Positions 36,192 to 45,426 are shown, numbered from the stretch's first letter. The stretch is DNA of 64,000 bases from Candidatus Komeilibacteria bacterium (GCA_018656065.1 JABHZY010000017.1:20873-84872); one strand, 5' to 3'. A program made the numbers and translations. The notes: generated by a model from the letters alone, not told the origin.

Positions 36192-37295
36192 ATGAACAAA
36201 AAAGTATTAGTTTTTGGAAAGTTTGATATTTTGCATCCTGGACATATGCACATTTTAGCTATGGCTAAAAAATTAGGACAAGTAATAATAGTTTTAGAGG
36301 CAGATCAAAGCATTAAATCTTTAAGAAATTATATCCCTTATAATAATGAAAAGACTAGAATTAAAAATTTAAAAGATTTAGGCTTTGAAGTTTTTATTAG
36401 AGCCATTAATCATGATGCTAAATATTTAATTAATCATCTACAGCCAGATATTCTATGTATTGGTGAGGATCAAAGATATTTACAAGACACTTTTTCTAAA
36501 TTTAAAGATATAAATTTAGAGATTATAAAATTTGTTAAAAGCAATCTATATAAATCTTCTCGTTTGAGAACTATTTTAGAAGATCAGTCCGCTGGAATTT
36601 ATCTAATAGACAAACCCAAGGGTGTAAATTCTTTTAGAGCAGTGTCAGTCTTGAGAAAAGTTTTAAACACCAAGCGAGTTGGATTTTCTGGCACACTTGA
36701 TCCTTTAGCTTCTGGCCTTTTGATTGTGGCTAGTGGCAAAGCCACTCGTTTGTTAGATTGGTTTCACGAATTACCAAAAATTTATCAAGCGGATGTTTTA
36801 TTTGGACAAGATTCGGATACTTATGATATGGAAGGTGAAATAGTAATAAATGAAAATGCTAAATCAGTTACTAAAAAACAATTAGAACAAGCTTTAGCTA
36901 GCTTTATAGGTAAACAAAACCAAGTCGCACCAATTTATAGTGCCAAAAAAGTAGCTGGTCAAAAATTATATAAATTAGCTAGAGCTGGTAAGGTGGTTAA
37001 AGCTCCGAGTAAAGAAATTGAGATTCATGAATTAGAAATAAAAGAATTTAAATATCCAAATTTAGATTTATTAGTATCAGTTTCAGCAGGAACTTATATA
37101 CGTTCTTTAGCTCATGACCTTGGTCAGACCATGAAGACAGGAGCTATGCTAGCCGGCTTAAGACGTATTGCTATAGGAAGTTTTAATATAAAAAATGCCG
37201 TACCTCTAGAAAAAGTAGAAGTAGACATTTTAGTTAAAAATAAATTAAAAGTAAAAGATGTTATAGAGAACTTAAATGAACATCTTTACCAGTGA
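36192..37295 (+). CDS. truB: Fusion: cytidylyltransferase-like nucleotidyltransferase domain + tRNA pseudouridine-55 synthase TruB
   Basis: Residues 1-130 carry GKFDILHPGH (HxGH) and YKSSRLR (ISSTxIR-like). Residues 135-367 carry the TruB motif GFSGTLDPLASGLL. Confidence 0.88.
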   Translation: MNKKVLVFGKFDILHPGHMHILAMAKKLGQVIIVLEADQSIKSLRNYIPYNNEKTRIKNLKDLGFEVFIRAINHDAKYLINHLQPDILCIGEDQRYLQDTFSKFKDINLEIIKFVKSNLYKSSRLRTILEDQSAGIYLIDKPKGVNSFRAVSVLRKVLNTKRVGFSGTLDPLASGLLIVASGKATRLLDWFHELPKIYQADVLFGQDSDTYDMEGEIVINENAKSVTKKQLEQALASFIGKQNQVAPIYSAKKVAGQKLYKLARAGKVVKAPSKEIEIHELEIKEFKYPNLDLLVSVSAGTYIRSLAHDLGQTMKTGAMLAGLRRIAIGSFNIKNAVPLEKVEVDILVKNKLKVKDVIENLNEHLYQ

Positions 37296-37509
37296 TATCT
37301 TTGATAAAGCGCTGTATATCATATTGTTTAAACTCGGTTTTTTTCAATTTTCTAGCAAATTCAAACATAGTGAGAGTTTTTTCACCTACTCTACCAAGCT
37401 GGCCTTGGTATTTTTTGTTAAATTTTTCAGTGCTGGTTATAGAGTCGGTGGAGTAATATAATTTTTCTATAATTAGCCTTTGTTCCTTTGGTGATACGTA
37501 TTCACTCAT
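37261..37509 (-). CDS. Hypothetical 82-aa protein (uncertain)
   Basis: An ORF convergent with truB, overlapping its 3' end by 35 nt. No SD and no motif. Confidence 0.3.
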   Translation of the reverse strand: MSEYVSPKEQRLIIEKLYYSTDSITSTEKFNKKYQGQLGRVGEKTLTMFEFARKLKKTEFKQYDIQRFIKDITGKDVHLSSL

Positions 37510-37583
37510 AGTATTGACGAATTAGCTTGATTATGTTAATCTTTTACAAGTCTTATTATAAATAATAAAGGAAAAAAGCATTT

Positions 37584-37886
37584 ATGCCAAATAAGAAAGC
37601 CGCAATTAAAGATTTGAAGCAAACTAAAAAGCGTACTTTACGCAATTCTTTGATTAAAAGAAATATTAAAGAGATCATCAAAAAAGGTAGAAAGGCTGCC
37701 ATAGATGGAAAAAAAGTTGATGAGATTTCCAAAGAACTTCAAAAAGTAGTAGATAAAGCTGTGAAGACTAATATATTGAAGCCTAATACTGGAAATCGTA
37801 AAAAATCTCGTTTTGCTGATATGGTCAAAAAAGTTTCTTCAGCTCCAAAAGCTAAAGAAGAAGCTAAGACTGAGGAAAAGAAATAA
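37584..37886 (+). CDS. rpsT: 30S ribosomal protein S20
   Basis: MPNKKAAIKDLKQTKKRTLRN, basic and all-helical, 100 aa. Confidence 0.9.
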   Translation: MPNKKAAIKDLKQTKKRTLRNSLIKRNIKEIIKKGRKAAIDGKKVDEISKELQKVVDKAVKTNILKPNTGNRKKSRFADMVKKVSSAPKAKEEAKTEEKK

Positions 37887-37901
37887 ATTATATTAAAAAT
37901 T

Positions 37902-37926
37902 GCCTCCGAAGGGGGGCTTTTTTTGT
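37902..37926 (+). terminator. Rho-independent terminator after rpsT
   Basis: GCCTCC GAAG GGGGGC followed by TTTTTTTGTTTTG. Confidence 0.75.
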
Positions 37927-37955
37927 TTTGTTAAATTTATGTTAGAATTAAGCAT

Positions 37956-38828
37956 ATGGAAACAACAATTGGAATACTTTTTGGTTTTATTGCCATGTTA
38001 GGATTTGGCCTAGGTAATGCTATTGCCAAAGTACCAATTCAAAAAATAGGTAGCGAGAAAACTATATTTTATAGAAATGTTATTATTAGCATTTTATTAT
38101 TTTTGATACTTATATTTTTTGGACAAGATGCAGTATTTTCTACAAAATATATTTTATTAGCATTTTTGATTGCAGGTATTGGCTATATTCCATTATTATT
38201 TTTTTATAAAGCTCTTAATCTTGGAAAAGTTGGTGTTGTATCTCCAGTAGCTAATTCATCAGCTATCTTTACAGTTTTGTTTTCCATAATATTTTTTTAT
38301 GAAACTATATCTATTGATCAAGGCTTAGCCATTGCCATTATAATTTTAGGTATTATACTTATATCCTTAAACCCTAAAGATTTAAAAAATTCACAAATAC
38401 TAAAGATTTCTAGTGGTGTACCTTATGCCTTAATTACATCTGTATTGTGGGGTTTAGTATTTTTCTTGTGGAAAATCCCAGTCAATGTCTTGGGACCGAT
38501 CCTCACAGTGTTGATTATAGAATTTGGCACTATGCTTTGTAGTGCTACTCATATTTATGTAACAAAAAAAGATTTTAGATTGCCGAACAAGCGAATTCTT
38601 AAATATTTATTTTTTATATCTTTGGGCGGAGCTATTGGTGGATTATTTTTTAATATGGGTATTCAAAGAGCTAATGTTTCTATAGTTTCACCAATCGCTG
38701 CTGCCGCTCCTTTGGTAGCTACCTTGTATGGTAAATTTGTATTTAAAGAAAAAATTTCCAAGTTACAATATTTGGCAATATTTATTATAATAATTGGTGT
38801 GGTCTTAGTTTCTTATTTATCAAAATAA
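37956..38828 (+). CDS. EamA/DMT-family transporter
   Basis: Ten TM helices in a two-fold EamA repeat architecture. Confidence 0.8.
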   Translation: METTIGILFGFIAMLGFGLGNAIAKVPIQKIGSEKTIFYRNVIISILLFLILIFFGQDAVFSTKYILLAFLIAGIGYIPLLFFYKALNLGKVGVVSPVANSSAIFTVLFSIIFFYETISIDQGLAIAIIILGIILISLNPKDLKNSQILKISSGVPYALITSVLWGLVFFLWKIPVNVLGPILTVLIIEFGTMLCSATHIYVTKKDFRLPNKRILKYLFFISLGGAIGGLFFNMGIQRANVSIVSPIAAAAPLVATLYGKFVFKEKISKLQYLAIFIIIIGVVLVSYLSK

Positions 38829-38829
38829 T

Positions 38830-39417
38830 ATGAAAACAATAATTTTTGATTTTGGCGGAGTTTTTAATCTTAGAACTAGCGTAAAAGAATTTTGGCAAAA
38901 CAATGCTAAAGTCTTAGGGGTTGATCCAGAGAAAGCAGATAAGATAACTTTAGATATATGGTTGAAAGCTAGAATAGGAAAAATAGATTCTGATATATTT
39001 TGGACAGAATCAGCCAAGCTTGTAAAAATGAGTGCAGAAGACTTTAAAGACTGTTTTTTTAATTATACTGGCTGGCGAGAGGATTTGTATGATTTTGTTA
39101 AGCAAGAATTGGCAGGAAAATATAAACTGGGCATGGTATCAAATCAAATAGAATCATGGCTTGAGCCTATAATAGAAGAGAAGGGTCTTAGGGATCTGTT
39201 TGATGTAATAATAACGTCTTATGAGCTGGGAATAGCTAAGCCAGATATTAGAGCCTATCAAGAGGCTGTTAATAAATTAGCAGTTGATCCAAAAGATTGT
39301 ATTTATATTGATGATTTTGAACACAATTTGAAACCAGCTCAAGAATTGGGCATGGAAACTATACTTTTTAAAGACACGGCTAGTTTAAAAAAAGAGTTAA
39401 ATAAATTATTATCATGA
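38830..39417 (+). CDS. HAD-superfamily hydrolase
   Basis: Motif I IIFDFGGV, motif II MVSN, and motif IV IYIDDFEHN. Confidence 0.8.
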   Translation: MKTIIFDFGGVFNLRTSVKEFWQNNAKVLGVDPEKADKITLDIWLKARIGKIDSDIFWTESAKLVKMSAEDFKDCFFNYTGWREDLYDFVKQELAGKYKLGMVSNQIESWLEPIIEEKGLRDLFDVIITSYELGIAKPDIRAYQEAVNKLAVDPKDCIYIDDFEHNLKPAQELGMETILFKDTASLKKELNKLLS

Positions 39418-40136
39418 AAGCCACAGATTTAATAAAAGAGTTAAAAAAATACGCTTCGCCGGCTCGTAAAAAATCTAATGAATGGTTTTTTAAGACTGGT
39501 AAAGGCCAGTATGGAGAAGGGGATCAATTCATTGGTGTAACAGTGCCAAATATTAGATTAGTAGCTAGGCAATTTTTAGACTTAAGTTTTATAGAGCTAG
39601 CTAAGTTAATTAAATCTCCTATTCATGAAATACGTTTAATGGCTATTTTAATATTAGTTGAAAGGTCTAAACAATCTAGAAAAGCTGAGGATAAAGTATT
39701 GCAAAAAAAGATTTTAGATTTTTATCTTAAGCACAGAAAATATGTAAATAATTGGGATTTAGTTGATTTATCAGCTCATTATATTTTAGGACAGGCAATA
39801 TTAGATGGTTTACAATCTAAACAAATATTATATAAGTATGCTAAAAGTAAAAATCTTTGGGAAAGGCGTATAGCTATAATTTCAACTTGGATATTTATTA
39901 GAGAAGGTAAATTAGATGATTGTTTCAGATTATCTAAGCTATTATTAAAAGACAAAGAAGATTTGATGCATAAGGCAGTTGGTTGGATGCTTAGAGAGTC
40001 TTGGAAAAAAGATAGTATTAAAGTAGAAAAGTTTTTAATTGCTAATTATAAGAATTTACCTCGTACAACTTTGCGTTATGCTATAGAGAGGATGGAGGAA
40101 AAGCAAAGAAAAAAATTCCTCAAAGGGAATTTCTAA
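39414..40136 (+). CDS. DNA alkylation repair protein (AlkD/AlkC-like HEAT repeat)
   Basis: Motifs FIGVTVPNIR, NNWDLVD and RTTLRYAIE, typical of the DNA_alkylation family. Confidence 0.8.
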   Translation: MKATDLIKELKKYASPARKKSNEWFFKTGKGQYGEGDQFIGVTVPNIRLVARQFLDLSFIELAKLIKSPIHEIRLMAILILVERSKQSRKAEDKVLQKKILDFYLKHRKYVNNWDLVDLSAHYILGQAILDGLQSKQILYKYAKSKNLWERRIAIISTWIFIREGKLDDCFRLSKLLLKDKEDLMHKAVGWMLRESWKKDSIKVEKFLIANYKNLPRTTLRYAIERMEEKQRKKFLKGNF

Positions 40137-40154
40137 AAATTGATATAAAGTTTG

Positions 40155-40183
40155 AGCGGCGGTCCCCAGGGGGAACCGCCGCT
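40155..40183 (+). terminator. Very GC-rich hairpin downstream of the alkD-like gene
   Basis: AGCGGCGGTCCC / GGGAACCGCCGCT, about 12 bp with one bulge, followed by a U/G-rich TCGTGTGTTGTCGTCGTTG. Confidence 0.5.
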
Positions 40184-40317
40184 TCGTGTGTTGTCGTCGT
40201 TGTGAGCCACTTATTTGTAGGCCTTGGTGACTTTCATGTTTGATAGGAATTGGAGTGAGTACTCTAGGACGCCTATCGTGGCGTTGAGGACTTGCTTCTT
40301 GTAGTTCTTAACGCTAT

Positions 40318-40342
40318 AAAATCCAGCTTTTAGCTGGATTTT
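40318..40342 (-). terminator. Rho-independent terminator of holA
   Basis: AAAATCCAGC TTTTA GCTGGATTTT, overlapping the holA stop codon. Confidence 0.7.
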
Positions 40343-41291
40343 ATAAGTCATTTATCATTTTGGCAAATAGTATTTTTTCTTGGCCTGTGCTAGATTTGAA
40401 TTTTTCATCAAGATAGAGAAGATATTTATATATTTTTTTGAGTTGTTCACTATCGTACATCTGACTTTGTTGATAGGTTTTTTGAGCTATAAACTTTGGT
40501 ACTTTCAAAACTTGCATCAAGGCAAAATAGTTTTTAGCTTTAGTACCCAAGGCCTTAGCTTTGATTAGTAATCTGTATTGGCGAATTATCATAGTGAGTA
40601 TATATTGATGATTTACTCCACTGTCTAATTTTTCTTCAATAAGCTGTAAAGCTAATGATTTATCTTTATTTCCCAGAGCATCTATTAGATTAAATATATT
40701 TTCATCTACCTTAGCTTGGACTAAAGATTTTACGTCTTCTTCGCTAACATCCTTTTTGCTAAAACTTACTAATTTATTTACTTCATTATTTATTTGCCAG
40801 AGATTATTGCCCACGTAGGCGATTAAAAGATCTAGAGCAGGCGGGCTAATAGATTTTGAATGTTTAGAAAATTGATTTTGTACCCAAGTTTTTAATTTAC
40901 TGGCGCTAAGTAATTCAAACTCCTCATTAAATTTTAGTTTAGATAGTTTTTTATATAATTTTAGGCGACTATCTGGCTTACTTGTTTGGAAAAATATAAT
41001 ATAATTTTCATTAGGGCTATCCTTTTGTGTGTCTAAAAATTTTATAAGTTGATCTTGCCAATCTTTTAGTTTTTTATTATCAAAAATATTTTTAATAACA
41101 ATTAATTTTTTGTCAGCTAAAAAACCCATTACAGAAACTGCTTGGAAAAAATCATCTGGACCAATTGTCTCACCATCAAGATGTTGAATATTGTGTCCAC
41201 CGGGATCTACCTTTTCTTTAAATTTATTTTTAATAGCCTCAACCTTTTGATTCGCTCTAAAAGAATCTTGGCCATAGTAGAAAAATAGCAT
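40341..41291 (-). CDS. holA: DNA polymerase III delta subunit
   Basis: 316 aa with N-terminal FYYGQDSFRANQKVEAIK and delta-like helical C-terminal domains. It lies directly downstream of polA. Confidence 0.8.
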   Translation of the reverse strand: MLFFYYGQDSFRANQKVEAIKNKFKEKVDPGGHNIQHLDGETIGPDDFFQAVSVMGFLADKKLIVIKNIFDNKKLKDWQDQLIKFLDTQKDSPNENYIIFFQTSKPDSRLKLYKKLSKLKFNEEFELLSASKLKTWVQNQFSKHSKSISPPALDLLIAYVGNNLWQINNEVNKLVSFSKKDVSEEDVKSLVQAKVDENIFNLIDALGNKDKSLALQLIEEKLDSGVNHQYILTMIIRQYRLLIKAKALGTKAKNYFALMQVLKVPKFIAQKTYQQSQMYDSEQLKKIYKYLLYLDEKFKSSTGQEKILFAKMINDL

Positions 41292-44018
41292 TTATATTTT
41301 ATAACTTTCTAATTTACCCCAATTGTTACCTGTCTCGATATCTACGGTTAGTGGTATAGGAAGCTTATAGACTGATTCCATAGCTTTTTTAACAAATTTA
41401 GCCACTTTTCGCAGGTCCTTTTTAGGTACTTCTAGCACTAGTTCATCGTGTACCTGTAGGACTATTTTAGAGCTCTTAGATACTTTTGGCAAGTCACGAT
41501 AAAGATCTATCATAGCTAGTTTCATTAAATCAGCGGCAGTACCTTGGACAGGCATGTTTATTGCCATACGTTCGGCGGCAGCCCTAAGCATCGGCATAGA
41601 GGAGTTGATATCTGGAAAGTAGCGACGACGACCAAAGATAGTTTGACTATAGTCATGTTTGTGCGCAAAGTCTTTGGTATATTCAATATATTGTTTTACT
41701 TTTTTATAGATATTAAAATATTGTTCTATGAATTCTTTGGCCTCATTTCTATTAAGGTCTGTCCGTTGAGACAGTCCTAGAGAGCCCAGGCCATAAAGAA
41801 TTCCGAAATTGACTTCTTTAGCGGTACGCCTAATTTCTTTACTGACATCTTTGAGGTCAATTTTATGAATTTCAGCAGCTGTACGAGCATGAATATCTTC
41901 GCCCTTTTTAAATGAAGTTATCATTTTTGGATCACTAGATAGAGCAGCCACTAAACGAAGTTCAATTTGAGAATAATCAGCTGATAGTAAGACATAATTT
42001 TTTGGAACAACAAAGGCTTGGCGTATTTTTTTGCCTAAGCTAGTTCTAATTGGTATATTTTGTAGGTTAGGATTAGAAGATGACAATCTACCAGTAGCCG
42101 TGACGGTTTGATTGAAGTTAGTATGTATTCTTTTAGTTTTAGGATTAATCAATTCTGGTAGAGCAGTAATATAAGTAGATTGTAATTTACTCAATTCTCT
42201 ATATTCAACTATAAAAGGAATAATCTCATGAGCATCTTTCATTTTTTCTAGTTGAGCAGCATTGGTGGAAAATCCAGTTTTAGTTTTTTTTATACCTTGA
42301 GTGCTTATTTCCAAATCTTCAAACAAAATCTTTTTTAGTTGAGCGGGAGAGGCTATATTAAATTCAGAGCCGGCTAGTTTGTATATTTTTTTAGTTAGCT
42401 TATTCAAATCTTTTTTAACTTCACTTTCCATTTTGCTTAAAAATTTACCATCAAGTGAAATACCATTTAGTTCCATATTAGCCAATACAGGGATAAGAGG
42501 AATTTCCATTTTTTGTAGCAGGTCTAGATTTTTATTATTTTTGATAATAGAATATAGTTTTTTATATAATCTAAAAGTAATATCAGAATCTTCAGCGCCA
42601 TACCAGGCTAGCTTAGTGGGGTTGATAAGAGTAATATCTATTTCATTTTTTCTTTTAGGTTTTTCGTCTAATAAATCAGCTAGTTTTAGTTTTTTGTAGC
42701 CTAGATAGGTAAAGGCTAATTCTTCTAGTTTGAGACCTCGGTTGTGATTTATCAGGTAGGCAGCTAATAAAGTATCAAAGGCTATACCCCTTAACTCTAT
42801 ATCTAGAACTTTCAATACTTTATAATCAAATTTTACATTGTGACAAATTTTAGCTATTTTATCATTTTCAAAAATCGGTTTTAATTTAGCTAAAACTAAT
42901 TTATTAAATTTTGGATCACTCAATTCTATATAATAGGCAGTTTTAGCTTGCCAAGAAAAAGAAATTCCTAGAATTTTTTCATTTATTACATCCAAGCCAG
43001 TAGTTTCTGTATCAAAGGCAAATATTTTTTGTGTTTTTAAATTATGTAGAAAATCAGCTAGACCACTCGCATCTTTTATAGTTTGATAATTAGCATCTTT
43101 ATTTTCTATAAAAGCATTATTATTTACTTCAGCTTGATGATTGGGAATCTTTTTGAGCAAAGAATTGAATTCTAATTCTTGAAATATTTTATAAACTGCT
43201 TCACTATCAAATTCAGAAAATTTTGCGTCTTCCAATTTCCATTTTAGTGGTACATCGTTTACAATTGTCACTAAGCGTTGACTTTCATAGGCTTCTTTTT
43301 TTTGAGTCAGCATCAGTTGTCTGATGCGCTCTTTCACGTCAGATTTATCAATTTTTTTATAGATATTATCTAATGAGCCAAATTCTTTTATCAAATCTGT
43401 AGCTCCTTTAATACCAATACCTTTGACGCCTTTGATATTATCAGAAGTATCTCCTTGAATAGCTTTGAGGTCTATCAGTTGGTCAGGTACTAATCCATAG
43501 CGCTCTTTAACAGCATCAATACTATAGGTGATAGTTTCGTGAAAGCCTCTTTTGAGAGTAACCACTTTAACCCTATCATTTACCAATTGTAGAGCATCAA
43601 GATCACCGGTAATAATAATAACTTCTAGATCATCATATTTTTCATAAGCTTCTTTGGCAATAGTTCCTATGACATCATCAGCTTCAAAGCCAGCTTTTGT
43701 CATGATAGGAATATTGAAGGCCTCAAGGACATCTTTACTAATAGGAAATTGATCATAAAATTCGTCGGCTTGTTTTTCTCTATGAGCCTTATATTCTGTG
43801 TACTCTTCATGACGAAATGTTTTGCCAGCCAAATCAAAAGTAGCAATGATATATTCAGGGTTTAATGCTTTGAGAATATTCAAAAGTAAGGAAGTATAGC
43901 CAAATACAGCATTGACCATAATACCATCTTTTGTTTCTAGCGGCGGCACTGCATGCCAAGCACGGTGGAGTAGTGCATTACTATCTATTAGTACTAATTT
44001 TTTAAGCTTTTTAACCAT
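41292..44018 (-). CDS. polA: DNA polymerase I
   Basis: 5'-3' exonuclease N-terminus, 3'-5' exonuclease FDTETTGL, and polymerase motifs A (LLSADYSQIELR), B (RRTAKEVNFGILYG) and C (LQVHDELV). Confidence 0.97.
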   Translation of the reverse strand: MVKKLKKLVLIDSNALLHRAWHAVPPLETKDGIMVNAVFGYTSLLLNILKALNPEYIIATFDLAGKTFRHEEYTEYKAHREKQADEFYDQFPISKDVLEAFNIPIMTKAGFEADDVIGTIAKEAYEKYDDLEVIIITGDLDALQLVNDRVKVVTLKRGFHETITYSIDAVKERYGLVPDQLIDLKAIQGDTSDNIKGVKGIGIKGATDLIKEFGSLDNIYKKIDKSDVKERIRQLMLTQKKEAYESQRLVTIVNDVPLKWKLEDAKFSEFDSEAVYKIFQELEFNSLLKKIPNHQAEVNNNAFIENKDANYQTIKDASGLADFLHNLKTQKIFAFDTETTGLDVINEKILGISFSWQAKTAYYIELSDPKFNKLVLAKLKPIFENDKIAKICHNVKFDYKVLKVLDIELRGIAFDTLLAAYLINHNRGLKLEELAFTYLGYKKLKLADLLDEKPKRKNEIDITLINPTKLAWYGAEDSDITFRLYKKLYSIIKNNKNLDLLQKMEIPLIPVLANMELNGISLDGKFLSKMESEVKKDLNKLTKKIYKLAGSEFNIASPAQLKKILFEDLEISTQGIKKTKTGFSTNAAQLEKMKDAHEIIPFIVEYRELSKLQSTYITALPELINPKTKRIHTNFNQTVTATGRLSSSNPNLQNIPIRTSLGKKIRQAFVVPKNYVLLSADYSQIELRLVAALSSDPKMITSFKKGEDIHARTAAEIHKIDLKDVSKEIRRTAKEVNFGILYGLGSLGLSQRTDLNRNEAKEFIEQYFNIYKKVKQYIEYTKDFAHKHDYSQTIFGRRRYFPDINSSMPMLRAAAERMAINMPVQGTAADLMKLAMIDLYRDLPKVSKSSKIVLQVHDELVLEVPKKDLRKVAKFVKKAMESVYKLPIPLTVDIETGNNWGKLESYKI

Positions 44019-44083
44019 ATTTATATATCTTTACTTTAGTTTATAATAGCATTTTTGTAGGTGAATACCAAGGACAGATTGGC

Positions 44084-44111
44084 TTGACTTTATCGGTATT
44101 TATTGTATAAT
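44084..44111 (+). promoter_or_regulatory. Sigma70-like promoter for the tRNA-Gly/tRNA-Leu pair
   Basis: TTGACT (44084-44089), 16-nt spacer, TATAAT (44106-44111). The tRNA starts at 44125. Confidence 0.45.
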
Positions 44112-44124
44112 ACTTGTGTTTTAA

Positions 44125-44201
44125 GCGAGTGTAGTTCAGTTGGCTAGAACATTTCCTTGCCAAGGAAAAGGTCGCCGGTTCGAGCCCGGTCACTCGCTCC
44201 A
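44125..44201 (+). tRNA. tRNA-Gly (GCC), CCA encoded
   Basis: Hand-folded cloverleaf: acceptor GCGAGTG/CACTCGC, anticodon loop TTGCCAA, T-loop TTCGAGC. 74 nt plus CCA. Confidence 0.93.
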
Positions 44202-44206
44202 GACAT

Positions 44207-44293
44207 GCCGGCGTGGTGGAATTGGTAGACACGCAGGACTTAAAATCCTGTGGCAGTAATGCCGTATCGGTTCAAGTCCGATCGCCGGTACCA
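44207..44293 (+). tRNA. tRNA-Leu (UAA), CCA encoded
   Basis: Class II tRNA with a long variable arm, anticodon loop CTTAAAA and T-loop TTCAAGT. There is no intron in the anticodon loop. Confidence 0.93.
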
Positions 44294-44400
44294 TTCGACT
44301 CCATTCTGCTTTGCAGAATTTCGCTCATGGTCTTTGACCACTTTTCAAATTTGTTGATGAGTAGTCGAATGTCCTGAGCGAACGGAGAGAGTCGAAGGGC
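44291..44400 (+). repeat. About 110-nt extended imperfect hairpin element abutting tRNA-Leu
   Basis: Left arm CCATTCGACTC / TTCGCTCA pairs with right arm TGAGCGAA / GAGTCGAAGGG. There is an inner local hairpin ATTCTGC-TTT-GCAGAAT. The right arm carries the motif also present at 30729-30750. Confidence 0.5.
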
Positions 44401-44453
44401 AATTTAATTCAGTTTTTTATAAAGCTGTTTTTTTGTTATTTAGAATAATGTAT

Positions 44454-44487
44454 AAAAAATACTCGGCTAGTCCGAGTATTTTTTATT
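44454..44487. terminator. Bidirectional terminator between the tRNA operon (+) and tRNA-Cys (-)
   Basis: AAAAATACTCGG CTAGT CCGAGTATTTTT. Confidence 0.75.
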
Positions 44488-44507
44488 TAATGTAATTTAT
44501 TTTATAA

Positions 44508-44582
<75 letters not shown>

Positions 44583-44613
44583 CAAGGATAATAACTTAAC
44601 AAATATTTATATT

Positions 44614-45402
44614 TTAGGCAAGTCTAAGTTTTCTCATATCTTTTACAACTAGAGGATATAAATCTTTATTAGCACATATTATACTTTTAGATGTTTTTAT
44701 CCAAGGCTTTCCTTGCCAAGTAGTTAATGTTCCACCTGCTTCAGTAATCATAATAACACCAGCTGCTACATCCCATAGTTTAGCTCCAGAAACTACATAA
44801 CCGTCTATGTGACCTGCTGCTACCATTGCCATTTGTAGAGTGGTTGAATATATATTTCGACAACGAAAAGCATTAAGATGAAAATGTTCATATACTTTGT
44901 AGGCCTTTTTTGTATTAGCTATTCCTTTGCCATGATTATATGACATTATAGCTTGTTCGATGTTTTTTATTTTCGAAACAGATAGTTTTTTATTATTCTT
45001 ATAAGCTCCGCCCCCTTTTACAGCAAAATACATTTCATCTAGAATGGGCATATAAGTAACTCCTAAGACCACTTCTTTTTTATAAAATAAACTGATAGAA
45101 GAAGTGAATATTGGTAAATGATTTGTAAAGTTTGTAGTTCCGTCTAAAGGATCTACTACCCAAAAGTAATCACTTTTTTTATCTAACAGACCACTCTCTT
45201 CAGAAAGAATAGCATATTTGGGGAAGGCTTTTTTAATATACGAAAAAATAATTTTTTCAGCCTGTTTATCACATTTAGTTACTAATTCGCGATCAGTTTT
45301 ATAACTAGCCTTGCCTCGACTCCAGAGCAAAAATTCTTTCCCAAGATATTTGCCTGCCTGACGAGCGGCTTTTTTCGCAATTTCTAATTCTTTTTTATAC
45401 AT
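44614..45402 (-). CDS. Inositol monophosphatase family protein (SuhB-like)
   Basis: Motifs WVVDPLDGTTNF and WDVAAG. Confidence 0.88.
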   Translation of the reverse strand: MYKKELEIAKKAARQAGKYLGKEFLLWSRGKASYKTDRELVTKCDKQAEKIIFSYIKKAFPKYAILSEESGLLDKKSDYFWVVDPLDGTTNFTNHLPIFTSSISLFYKKEVVLGVTYMPILDEMYFAVKGGGAYKNNKKLSVSKIKNIEQAIMSYNHGKGIANTKKAYKVYEHFHLNAFRCRNIYSTTLQMAMVAAGHIDGYVVSGAKLWDVAAGVIMITEAGGTLTTWQGKPWIKTSKSIICANKDLYPLVVKDMRKLRLA

Positions 45403-45426
45403 ATTTTTATAATAAACTTAGAATTA

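Noticed and set aside
44041-44232. A 63-aa minus-strand ORF.
   Set aside because: It lies entirely antisense over the tRNA-Gly and tRNA-Leu genes and their promoter, so it is spurious.
44207-44293. A group I intron in tRNA-Leu(UAA), as found in cyanobacteria and plastids.
   Set aside because: The anticodon loop CTTAAAA is intact and the gene has normal class II length. The extra structure lies after the CCA, not within the tRNA.
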